The notes beneath the pieces are model-generated. The model searched no databases and was not told the origin of the DNA. It worked only from the letters and a program-made list of their open reading frames with translations. This document shows positions 7,798 through 18,462 of a stretch of 63,109 bases of DNA, in pieces. Location: NCBI GenBank assembly GCA_005882765.1, contig VBDV01000114.1:1-63109 (forward strand), given 5' to 3'. How positions within the stretch are numbered: position 1 is the first letter of the stretch; each line of letters starts with the position of its first letter. A program made the translations under genes and the position numbers. Source of the stretch: Chloroflexota bacterium. GTDB lineage: Bacteria; Chloroflexota; Limnocylindria; P2-11E.

Positions 7798-9657
7798 TCA
7801 GTAGCTCGCCACCAGGATGCGACTCGGGTCGTTGTCGAGCTCTATGACATGGGCGACACGCAGGTGCGGCGCGTCGAGCACCGCTATCGCGTGGGAGAGC
7901 CCGGCGAGGGCGACGTAGAGCTGGTCACCATTCGGGGATACCGCCAGATCGACGACCGACCCGAGGAACGCCGCCGAGGAGACGACCGAGCGATCGCGGA
8001 TCGTCACCGCCTCGGCCCCGTTCGCCGAGCCGACGTAGAGGGTGTCCTCGCGCGGCGAGATCGCGAGCGACGTGGGGAAGACGTCGGTCGCGATGCGGTC
8101 GACGACGGCGTACTGCTCGGTGTCCACGACATCGACCAGACGCCGGCCGGCGATGGCCGCGTAGATGCGCGTGCCGGACCCGGCCATGACCATCGCGGCC
8201 GGCTCTCCGTCGAGCGGGATCGTGTAGGGGGTGCGTCCGCCAAGATTCAGGTAGAGAAGGTCGATCCCATTTTCCGTCGCCACGAAGACGTGGTTGTGCT
8301 TATAGCTGGGGGCCAGCGACTCGGCCGATCCGTGGTAGTCGAAATACTCCGCCTGACCGGTTGTGAGATCGATCTGCTCCGCACCGGTCTTGCCGACGAC
8401 CATCACGGAGTGCCCGTCGCGGTTTGCAGCTACGACGCCGTCCACGGTCACGCCCTGTTTCGTCTTTGTCTCGCCGGTGACGACGTCCTGCGCCACCACC
8501 ACTCTGTCGACGGACGAGTAGACCGTCCGTTCGTCCGTCCCGAGTGCGATCTGACGCACGTTCTTGGAGTCCGCCGCCAGCATGGCGCTCGCCCGGGTAT
8601 CGCCGGGGCGCATCGACTGCACCGCGCCACCGACGAGCGCGACGATCGTGACCCCGCGCGGCGGGCGCGCCGCGGCCGGTTCGTAGTGGTCGATCGTCGA
8701 TCGCCGCTTGGTCTTCCAGCCGTCCTTCGCGACGAATGGGTACGGATCGACCATCCCGCCCGGTCCAAGGATCGGATAGGGCGTGTCGCCGATGCTGTCG
8801 TTGTCGGCGTCCTTTCCTTTGTAGTCCGCCCACCAGTTGCCTTCCTTCGTCTGCTTGTCGTACCAGACGTTGGAGCCCTCGGTGTTGTCGCTGACCGGCG
8901 GGTTGTTGCCGACGACGTTGTTGTGGAAGATCACGTTCTCTTTCGCGTCGCTGAACCAGATGCCCCAGTTGATGTTCGAGTCGATGGTGTTGTCGGTGAT
9001 GCGGTTGCGGGAGCTCGCGTAGAGGTACAGCCCGTAACCGCCGGGGCTGTTGTACGTCTGCCGGGCCAGGAGGTTGTTCACAAGCACGCAGTCGTCGGAG
9101 CTCTGCAGGTGCAGTCCGTAGATGTTGAACTCGACGTCCGAGTCCTTGACGGTGATCTTCTGCGATGCGTGAATGTAGAAGCCGAAGCGGTTCCGCAGCG
9201 TGGTCACGCTCTCGATCGAGCTCGACACCATGTCGATGAAGTAGATCCCGGTCGAGAACGCAGTCGTCTTACCGTTGCGGATCGTGACCCCGGTGTGGCC
9301 GCCGACGCGAACCCCGACGGTATCGAGCTGGGGAAGCGGCCAGGTCTGCGGGCCCATACCCGGTCCGGTGAGGGTATGCCCCCCGAGATCGACCGTCACG
9401 TTGTCCGAGACGATGACCATGCCATCGCCCGCGCAGGTGAGGTCGTTCGCGAGGGTGAAGCTTTCGGCCACGCGCATCGCACACGTTCCCTCGCGTACCG
9501 GGTAGCTCACGGTCGGCGACGGCGCGGGACTCGCCGACGCGCTTACGGCGACGGCGCTCGTACCCGGGCCCGCCGACGGTCCAGGAGCTTGAGCGGCCTG
9601 GCAAGCGACCGCGGCGATCAGAGCGAGCACGCCGAGCCGGGCGACGAGCGGCCGCAT
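7798..9657 (-). CDS. Secreted fusion of a NosD-like right-handed parallel beta-helix (PbH1 repeats) and a YVTN-type beta-propeller
   Basis: Signal peptide MRPLVARLGVLALIAAVAC. Repeated ...I.N/D...N..GI/L... beta-helix rungs, WWADYKGKDADNDSIGDTPYPI, and a C-terminal repeat pattern (LYVA..G...V.V.D). Confidence 0.7.
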   Translation of the reverse strand: MRPLVARLGVLALIAAVACQAAQAPGPSAGPGTSAVAVSASASPAPSPTVSYPVREGTCAMRVAESFTLANDLTCAGDGMVIVSDNVTVDLGGHTLTGPGMGPQTWPLPQLDTVGVRVGGHTGVTIRNGKTTAFSTGIYFIDMVSSSIESVTTLRNRFGFYIHASQKITVKDSDVEFNIYGLHLQSSDDCVLVNNLLARQTYNSPGGYGLYLYASSRNRITDNTIDSNINWGIWFSDAKENVIFHNNVVGNNPPVSDNTEGSNVWYDKQTKEGNWWADYKGKDADNDSIGDTPYPILGPGGMVDPYPFVAKDGWKTKRRSTIDHYEPAAARPPRGVTIVALVGGAVQSMRPGDTRASAMLAADSKNVRQIALGTDERTVYSSVDRVVVAQDVVTGETKTKQGVTVDGVVAANRDGHSVMVVGKTGAEQIDLTTGQAEYFDYHGSAESLAPSYKHNHVFVATENGIDLLYLNLGGRTPYTIPLDGEPAAMVMAGSGTRIYAAIAGRRLVDVVDTEQYAVVDRIATDVFPTSLAISPREDTLYVGSANGAEAVTIRDRSVVSSAAFLGSVVDLAVSPNGDQLYVALAGLSHAIAVLDAPHLRVAHVIELDNDPSRILVASY

Positions 9658-9709
9658 GACGCAAGCCTATACAGCGGCCCCGTCGTGTCGGTTCCCGCAG
9701 ACTTCATTC

Positions 9710-10342
9710 ATGCGCGAGGAGGCGCGGCGCATCGACGAGCGGCTCGAGGCGACGCTGCGCATACCCGATGTCGAGCCGACCGCGATCGTGGTGATCGCGC
9801 ACGCCCTTCCGACGCACGGCGGCACGATGCGGACTCCGATCATGGCCGCGATCGCGCGCGCATGCGCAGAGCGCGGGTGGTACGCGCTGCGCTTCAACTT
9901 CCGCGGTGTTGGCGCGAGCGCCGGCGAGTGGACCGGCGGCCGGTACGAGACCGACGACGTCCAGGCCGCCGTCGACTACGCGCGAACGGTGGCGCCGGGG
10001 CTGCCGCTGGGCCTGGTGGGATACAGCTTCGGCGCCTTTCAGGCCCTCGCGTTCCTCGCGCGCGGCGGACGCGTCGACGCCGTCGCGCTCGTCGGCGTCG
10101 GGACGAAGGACGTGACCTTCGCACCCCGCGCGCTGCCGACGATTCCTGACGGCACGTTCATCGTCGCGGCGGAGAACGATCAGTTCGGCACCGCGGAGGA
10201 GCTCCGCGCTGCGGTCCCGCACGCGCGCATCGCGACGGTGAGCGACGTCGACCACTTCTTCGTCGGCAAACGCGACGAGGTAGGGACGCTCGTCGCGGAT
10301 GAGCTGGCACGCGTGCTGCCTGTACCATCGCATCTCCCATGA
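9710..10342 (+). CDS. Alpha/beta hydrolase fold protein
   Basis: VVIAHALPTHGG, RFNFRGVG, and the nucleophile elbow GYSFGA. The start was set at the ATG at 9710; the track start at 9656 would abut the divergent gene. Confidence 0.65.
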   Translation: MREEARRIDERLEATLRIPDVEPTAIVVIAHALPTHGGTMRTPIMAAIARACAERGWYALRFNFRGVGASAGEWTGGRYETDDVQAAVDYARTVAPGLPLGLVGYSFGAFQALAFLARGGRVDAVALVGVGTKDVTFAPRALPTIPDGTFIVAAENDQFGTAEELRAAVPHARIATVSDVDHFFVGKRDEVGTLVADELARVLPVPSHLP

Positions 10343-11388
10343 GCGCTCAGGCCACTGCTGTCGGGCAGCCATCGACTTCCGCGAAGAAGACGCGGAAGCG
10401 GATCCTCACGGGCGATCGCCCGACCGGAAAGCTCCACGTCGGGAACTACGTCGGCACGCTCGCGAACCGCGTGAAGCTGCAGGACTCCTACGACACGTTC
10501 CTGCTCGTCGCCGACCACCACATGCTCACGACGCGTCTCGATCGCCTGAGCGAGATCGAGCAGAACATCCGGGACGACGTAATCGACAACCTCGCGGTCG
10601 GCGTCGATCCGGAGAAGGTCAACTACTTCCTGCAATCTCTCGTGCCGCAGATCCCGGAGCTGCATCTTCTGTTCTCGATGCTCATCTCGGTCCCCCGGGT
10701 CCAGCGCATCCCAACGCTGAAGGATCAGCTGCGCGATCACGGCCTCGCGCAGCCCACCTACGGCCTTCTCGGATACCCGGTGCTGCAGGCGGCCGACATC
10801 CTCATCGTGAAGGGTGATCTCGTCCCCGTGGGGCGCGATCAGGAATCGCACGTCGAGCTCACGCGCGAGATCGCGCGTCGCTTCAACGAGCTGTTCGCGC
10901 CGATCTTCCCGGTACCCGAATCGTTGATCCCCGAGATGGGTCTCCTTCCGGGCACCGATGGCCGGGACAAGATGGGGAAGAGCCTGGACAACGCGATCTT
11001 CCTCGCGGACGACCCGAAGACCGTCGAGCGCAAGGTCATGCGCATGTACACCGATCCCAATCGCGTCCGCGCCGACACCCCTGGCCGAGTCGAGGGGAAC
11101 CCGGTGTTCGTCTACCACGACACCTTCAATCCGGACAAGGCGCAGGTCGACGAACTGAAGACCCGCTACCGCGCGGGGCAGGTCGCCGACGTCGAGGTGA
11201 AGCGCCTCCTGCTCTCGGCACTCGAGCGATTCCTCGCGCCGATCCGCGAGCGACGCGCCGAGCTCGAGGCCAAGCCTCGCCTCGTCGACGAGATCCTCGC
11301 CGCGGGCAGCGAGCGCGCGCGGCGCGAAGCGGCGGCGACGCTCCACGAGGTGCGCCAGGCCATGCGACTCGACTACTTCGGGCGCTAG
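10339..11388 (+). CDS. trpS: Tryptophan--tRNA ligase
   Basis: ATGA overlap with the upstream gene. A class I HIGH-like motif (KLHVGNYVG) and a KMSKS-like motif (KMGKSLDN), with a length typical of TrpS. Confidence 0.9.
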   Translation: MSAQATAVGQPSTSAKKTRKRILTGDRPTGKLHVGNYVGTLANRVKLQDSYDTFLLVADHHMLTTRLDRLSEIEQNIRDDVIDNLAVGVDPEKVNYFLQSLVPQIPELHLLFSMLISVPRVQRIPTLKDQLRDHGLAQPTYGLLGYPVLQAADILIVKGDLVPVGRDQESHVELTREIARRFNELFAPIFPVPESLIPEMGLLPGTDGRDKMGKSLDNAIFLADDPKTVERKVMRMYTDPNRVRADTPGRVEGNPVFVYHDTFNPDKAQVDELKTRYRAGQVADVEVKRLLLSALERFLAPIRERRAELEAKPRLVDEILAAGSERARREAAATLHEVRQAMRLDYFGR

Positions 11389-11396
11389 GCCCGGCG

Positions 11397-12467
11397 GTGC
11401 CGCGGCTCTACGTGCTCGTGCTCTCCGGCGGGGCCGGGACGCGCCTCTGGCCGCTCTCGCGGCGCGATCGGCCGAAGCAGTTCCTCCAGCTTCTGGGCGA
11501 GCGAAGCCTGCTGCAGGACACGGTCGACCGCGTCTCGGAGTTCGTTCCGCGGGAACGGATCTTCGTCGTCGCGCCGCCCGAGCACCGCGCGCTCATTCAC
11601 GAGCAGCTGCCCGAACTTCCGTCGGACCACCTCGTCGTCGAGCCGTATCCGCGGGGGAATGCGGCGGCGGTCGGGCTCGCGATGGCGGCTCTCGCGGCCT
11701 TCGACCCCGACGCCGTCGTCGCCGTTCTTCCGTCGGACCACGTTGTCGGCGATCGCGCCCAGTTCCGCAAGGTCCTTATCGCAGCGACCGCCGCGGCTGA
11801 ACGCGGCCATCTTGTGACCTTGGGAATCACGCCAGAACGGCCTGACACCGGCTTTGGCTACATCGAGGCCGCCGACAAGCTCGACATCGAGGCTCCTGTC
11901 GAAGTGCGCGCGGTCAAACGGTTCGTCGAGAAGCCCAAGCGCGAGGCTGCCGAGCGGATGGTCGCCGCGGGCGGGCATTACTGGAACGCCGGGATGTTCG
12001 TCTGGCGGGTCGAGGAGATCCTCCGCGCCTACGAGAAGCACCTCCCGAAGACGGCCGCGGCCATTGCCGCGCTGCGCGATGCCATCGGCACGCCGCGCTA
12101 CGAGTCCGTGCTCGCTGAGGTCTGGGAGGAGACCGACCGCACCACGCTGGACTACGGGATCGCCGAGAAGGCCGACAACGTCGCGGTGGTGCCCGCGGAC
12201 ATCGGGTGGCAGGACGTCGGCTCGTGGGCCCGCCTCGCCGAGATCGTCTCCAAGGCGGATAACTGGGCCTCTGGGGACCTGGTCGCCGAAGACTCCCACA
12301 GCAACTACGTCTGGGCTCCCCAGAAGACCGTTGCGCTGATAGGCGTCGAAGGGCTTGTCATTGTCGACACCCCGGACGCCCTCCTGATCACCACCAAAGA
12401 GGGCTCCGAAGATGTGAAAACAATCGTCGACCGCCTGAAAAGGGACGACCGGGAGGACTTGCTCTAG
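11397..12467 (+). CDS. Mannose-1-phosphate guanylyltransferase (nucleotidyltransferase domain only)
   Basis: N-terminal LSGGAGTRLWPLSRRDRPKQF signature, with GYIE and WNAGMFVW motifs. Confidence 0.85.
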   Translation: MPRLYVLVLSGGAGTRLWPLSRRDRPKQFLQLLGERSLLQDTVDRVSEFVPRERIFVVAPPEHRALIHEQLPELPSDHLVVEPYPRGNAAAVGLAMAALAAFDPDAVVAVLPSDHVVGDRAQFRKVLIAATAAAERGHLVTLGITPERPDTGFGYIEAADKLDIEAPVEVRAVKRFVEKPKREAAERMVAAGGHYWNAGMFVWRVEEILRAYEKHLPKTAAAIAALRDAIGTPRYESVLAEVWEETDRTTLDYGIAEKADNVAVVPADIGWQDVGSWARLAEIVSKADNWASGDLVAEDSHSNYVWAPQKTVALIGVEGLVIVDTPDALLITTKEGSEDVKTIVDRLKRDDREDLL

Positions 12468-12475
12468 CCCGAACG

Positions 12476-12607
12476 CCCGCTGGCACCGCCGAGGGCCGCC
12501 GCGCGGTCGCTACGCGCCTGGGGGCCCCTGCCCCCAGGGAGCCGGCCGAGGCGTCCGAGGCCGGGAGGACCCCGGCGCGAAGAGAGGGTTTCGGCGGTGG
12601 CAGCGGG
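12476..12607. repeat. Roughly 132-nt GC-rich closed multi-hairpin palindromic element
   Basis: The outer arms cccgctggcaccgccga (12476-12492) and tcggcggtggcagcggg (12591-12607) are complementary at 16/17 positions. There are two inner hairpins: cctggggg/cccccagg (12517-12538) and ccggcc/ggccgg (12542-12564). Confidence 0.7.
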
Positions 12608-12711
12608 CTGGGACGAGCGCCCGTATTCCCTAACGTTTTGGCCCTATTCAGGCGGTTGGCGACGCCTGTCTGTCTGTCGGCAGGTGGACGCCGACGTTAG
12701 AGTGGTGTGGG

Positions 12712-12739
12712 GAGGGCGCCCATGGGGTGCCCTCTTTTT
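12712..12739 (+). terminator. Intrinsic-terminator-like hairpin plus a T5 run in the topA leader
   Basis: gagggcgcc-catgg-ggtgccctc (a 9-bp stem including one G-U pair) followed by ttttt. It ends 19 nt before the topA GTG. Confidence 0.6.
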
Positions 12740-12758
12740 GTGAAGTGAAAGGTACGAA

Positions 12759-14945
<2,187 letters not shown>

Positions 14946-14948
14946 GCT

Positions 14949-15947
14949 TTGCCCTTAATGAGGGCGCGGCCGGCGACAGCGGACGAGACGCGCGAGTGGG
15001 ACCGCCTCATGCGTGAGACGGCGCGCCCGCACCTTCTTCAATCCACCGGGTGGGCTGAGGTGAAGTCGGCGACCGGCTGGCGTGCGGAGCGCTTCGTCTT
15101 CGAGGACGGAGCCGCTCGCGTCGGCTGCGTTCAGGTCCTCCGCAAGCGTCTCGTCGGCGGACTCGATATGGCTTACGCGCCGCGCGGTCCGCTCGTCGAG
15201 GACGAGCGGCTCCCCGGAGCGATCGTCGCACTTCGCAAAGCGATTGGCCGGGGCATGACCGTGAGTCTGCTCTGCGATCCCGAAGCCGCCGAGAGCGACA
15301 TCCTCGCGAAAGCGCTCGAAGCCGAGGGCATCCGCCGATCACCGGTGTACGTGCAGCCGCGTCGGACGCTGCTCATGGATCTCACGCAGGATGCAGAGAC
15401 CATGCTCGCCGCGATGCGCAAGAAGACGCGGCAGTACATCCACAAAGCCGAACGCGACGGCGTCGTGACCGAGAAGACCACGGACCTCGCGAGGTTTCAC
15501 CGCGTGTTGCGCACCGTCGCCGAGCGCGATCAATTCGGGATCCACGACCTCGGGTACTTCGCGTCGCTCGTCGAGGCGTTCGGGGATGCCCTGCACCTCC
15601 GCATGGCACGGGTGGAGGGTGAGGACGTGGGCGCGCTGCTCGTCATCCGCTTCGGCGATCGCGCGTGGGAGCTCTTCGGCGGATGGAGCGGCGCGCACAG
15701 CGAGAAGCGGCCCTTCTATCTGCTCAAGTGGCACTCGCTGATGCAGATGAAAGAGCTCGGCGTTCGCCGCTACGACATGTGGGGTCTGGCCGAGGGCGAC
15801 GAGCTTTCCGGCGTGGAGAACTTCAAGCTCGGCTTCGGTGGCGAGGTAACGCCATGGATCGGCGCGCTCGAGACGCCGGTCACGGCGTTCCTGTTCCCGC
15901 TCTGGAGGTTTGGCGCGCGGCGGCGGCTCGCGGCAGCGAGCGCGTGA
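14949..15947 (+). CDS. FemAB-family peptidoglycan bridge-formation (aminoacyl-tRNA-dependent) transferase
   Basis: Typical N-terminus ...W..L......HLLQSTGWAEVK, C-terminal FYLLKW...RYDMWG...GVENFKLGFGG. The start may be the TTG at 14949 or the ATG at 14958. Confidence 0.8.
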   Translation: MPLMRARPATADETREWDRLMRETARPHLLQSTGWAEVKSATGWRAERFVFEDGAARVGCVQVLRKRLVGGLDMAYAPRGPLVEDERLPGAIVALRKAIGRGMTVSLLCDPEAAESDILAKALEAEGIRRSPVYVQPRRTLLMDLTQDAETMLAAMRKKTRQYIHKAERDGVVTEKTTDLARFHRVLRTVAERDQFGIHDLGYFASLVEAFGDALHLRMARVEGEDVGALLVIRFGDRAWELFGGWSGAHSEKRPFYLLKWHSLMQMKELGVRRYDMWGLAEGDELSGVENFKLGFGGEVTPWIGALETPVTAFLFPLWRFGARRRLAAASA

Positions 15948-16966
15948 GCGAGGCAGGCGCAGAGGCCCCACCGGGCTGGGACGATGCGGCGGTCCGTTCA
16001 CCGGGCGGCCATGTCCTGCAGTCCGCCGCCTGGGCGAAGATTCGTCAGGCCCAAGGTTGGGAGGTTGAGTTCTGTCAGCTCGGTTCCCCGCTGCCGGTAG
16101 CCCTAATTCTTTGGCGTCCATTGCTTACGCGCCGTCGGTTTGGCTATGTCCCGCGCGGTCCGATCATCGGCGATGACGCGCAAGTTCTCGGCGCGCTTGA
16201 AAGGATCGCCGCGTTGGCGCGCGAGCGGCGTGCTGTATTCGTCAAGGTGGACTTTGAGCTGGACCCGGACGTCGCGGAGCGACCTTTGCACCGCGCCGGA
16301 TTCCGCCGCGCTGAAGACATTCAGCCGGTGCTCGCCACACTGGAACTCAACCTGGAACCGGACGAGGATGCCCTCTTCGCGGGTCTAGAGAAGGACACCC
16401 GCTGGAGCGTGCGGCAGGCGGAGAAGAGAGGTGTCAGTGTTCGAGAGGCAAGTGGGGAGGATGACCTTCGTGCCTTCTATGCCCTCTATGCCGAGACGGG
16501 TCGGCGAGCTCGGTTCATTACCCGGCCTTGGGATTACTACCGACGTATGTGGGGCGCGGTAATCGCGGCTGGCCACGCGCGTATTCGCCTCGCGGAGCGA
16601 GACGGCCAACCTGTGGCGGGTGCGCTCACCTGGCGATGTGGCGAGCGTGAGGTCTACCAGACCGCTGCGACGAATGATGCCGGCCGCTCCGCCTATTCGG
16701 CCTACGCGCTCCTCTGGCGGTGCATCATCGAAGCACGCAAAGGGGGCGCACGCCGATTTGATTTCGGCGGCATACCCGTGGACGTCAGCCGAAAGGACGA
16801 CCCGATGTACGGTCCGTACCAATTCAAGAAAGGGTTCGGCGGTGTGCCCCGGCGGTTTGTCGGTGCATACGACGCCGTCTCCCATGAGGGCCTATACAAG
16901 ATTTACTCCCGGCTCGGGCCGCAATACCAATCCGCGTTGCGACTCTTAGACCGCCTCCGCCGATGA
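15944..16966 (+). CDS. FemAB-family peptidoglycan bridge-formation transferase (second tandem paralog)
   Basis: The GTG at 15944 overlaps the upstream stop (GTGA). Motifs HVLQSAAWAKIR and AYALLW...RFDFGG...YQFKKGFGG. The upstream part of the track ORF overlaps the previous gene. Confidence 0.8.
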   Translation: MSEAGAEAPPGWDDAAVRSPGGHVLQSAAWAKIRQAQGWEVEFCQLGSPLPVALILWRPLLTRRRFGYVPRGPIIGDDAQVLGALERIAALARERRAVFVKVDFELDPDVAERPLHRAGFRRAEDIQPVLATLELNLEPDEDALFAGLEKDTRWSVRQAEKRGVSVREASGEDDLRAFYALYAETGRRARFITRPWDYYRRMWGAVIAAGHARIRLAERDGQPVAGALTWRCGEREVYQTAATNDAGRSAYSAYALLWRCIIEARKGGARRFDFGGIPVDVSRKDDPMYGPYQFKKGFGGVPRRFVGAYDAVSHEGLYKIYSRLGPQYQSALRLLDRLRR

Positions 16967-18462
16967 AGCTCGGCGCCCTTCTGGAAGCGACGAAGATCGC
17001 CGTCCCCGACGGCGCGGCGGCCGTCGACGTGCGGCAGATCGCCTACGACTCGCGCAAGACCAAAGAGGCCGCGCTCTTCGTCGCGATCCCGGGCTTTCAT
17101 CGCGATGGACACGTCTTCGCGGAGGAGGCCGTCGCGCGCGGCGCCGTTGCCGTTGTGGCGGAACATGCGATCGACGTCCGCGTCCCGGTCGCGATCGTCC
17201 CGGACGCGCGAGCCGCGCTCGCCGACATTGCGGCCGAGTTCTTCGACCACCCGACCCGCAAGCTCAAGCTCGCGGCCGTCACCGGCACCGACGGCAAGAC
17301 CACGACCGTTCATCTGGTCTCCGACGTTCTCGAGGCGTCGGGCGCCAAGACGGGATTCGCGACGACGGTGGACTTCAAGGTCGCGGATCACGAGTGGAAG
17401 AACGACACCCGTCAGAGCACGCAGGAAGCGGTCGAGGTGCAGGAGTTCTTCGCCGAGCTTCTCGTCGCGGGCGGGACCTGGGGCGTGCTCGAGGCGACCA
17501 GCCACGCACTGGCGCTGCGGAAGCTGCGCGGCACTGAGGTCGACGTCGCGGTCTTCACCAATCTCACGCCGGAGCATCTCGACTTCCACGGCACTCTTCA
17601 GAAGTACCTCGAGGCCAAGGGCGAGCTCTTCGCGATCCTCAACAGCTCCACCGACAAAGGCGTACCCAAGACCGCCGTCCTGAACGGTGACGACAGCCAC
17701 TGGCGCTATCTCGCAGACCGCGCCGAGGGCGTCAAGGTCCTTACCTACGGGGTCGAGGCGCTCTGCGACGTGCAGGGCGCGATCCTCTCGTCCGACGCCT
17801 CGGGCTCGCGCATCAAGATCACGGCGTCCGGGCAATCGGTCGAGCTGGCCCTTCCGCTCGTAGGACGGTTCAATGTCCATAACGCGCTGGCCGCGGCCGC
17901 GGCCGGTCTCGCGGCGGGCGCGACGTTGCAGCACGCGCGCGAGGCACTCTCCCGGGCGCGCGCGGTACGCGGGCGCATGGAGCGTGTCGAAAGCGGGCAG
18001 CCCTTCAGCGTGATCGTCGACTACGCACATACGCCGGAGTCGCTCGACAAGGTCCTCGGCCTCCTCCGCCCACTCACGAAGGGAAAGCTCATCGTGGTCT
18101 TCGGTAGTGCCGGCGAGCGCGACCGCGCGAAGCGGCCCGCGCTCGCGGAGGTGGCCGCGAAGCACGCGGACTTCTTCGTGATCACGCAGGAGGACCCGCG
18201 CCTCGAGGAGCCGGCGAAGATCCTCGAGGAGATCGAGAGGGGCGCGATCGGCGCGGGCAAGCGCAAAGGCACCGACTACGCCGTCATCGACGATCGCCGC
18301 GAGGCGGTCAGCGAGGCCATCCGCCGAGCCGCGCCCGAGGACACCGTGGTCCTCGCCGGCAAGGGTCACGAGGAGTCGATCATCGTCGGAGAGGAGAAGC
18401 GGCCGTACGACGAAGCCAGCGCCGCGCGCGAGGCGCTCAAGGTGCTCGGGTTCGGGACGTGA
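16963..18462 (+). CDS. murE: UDP-N-acetylmuramoyl-L-alanyl-D-glutamate--diamino acid ligase
   Basis: ATGA overlap with the upstream gene. Mur ligase P-loop VTGTDGKTTT, DYAHTPESL, and an EDPR motif at the DNPR position. Confidence 0.9.
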   Translation: MKLGALLEATKIAVPDGAAAVDVRQIAYDSRKTKEAALFVAIPGFHRDGHVFAEEAVARGAVAVVAEHAIDVRVPVAIVPDARAALADIAAEFFDHPTRKLKLAAVTGTDGKTTTVHLVSDVLEASGAKTGFATTVDFKVADHEWKNDTRQSTQEAVEVQEFFAELLVAGGTWGVLEATSHALALRKLRGTEVDVAVFTNLTPEHLDFHGTLQKYLEAKGELFAILNSSTDKGVPKTAVLNGDDSHWRYLADRAEGVKVLTYGVEALCDVQGAILSSDASGSRIKITASGQSVELALPLVGRFNVHNALAAAAAGLAAGATLQHAREALSRARAVRGRMERVESGQPFSVIVDYAHTPESLDKVLGLLRPLTKGKLIVVFGSAGERDRAKRPALAEVAAKHADFFVITQEDPRLEEPAKILEEIERGAIGAGKRKGTDYAVIDDRREAVSEAIRRAAPEDTVVLAGKGHEESIIVGEEKRPYDEASAAREALKVLGFGT

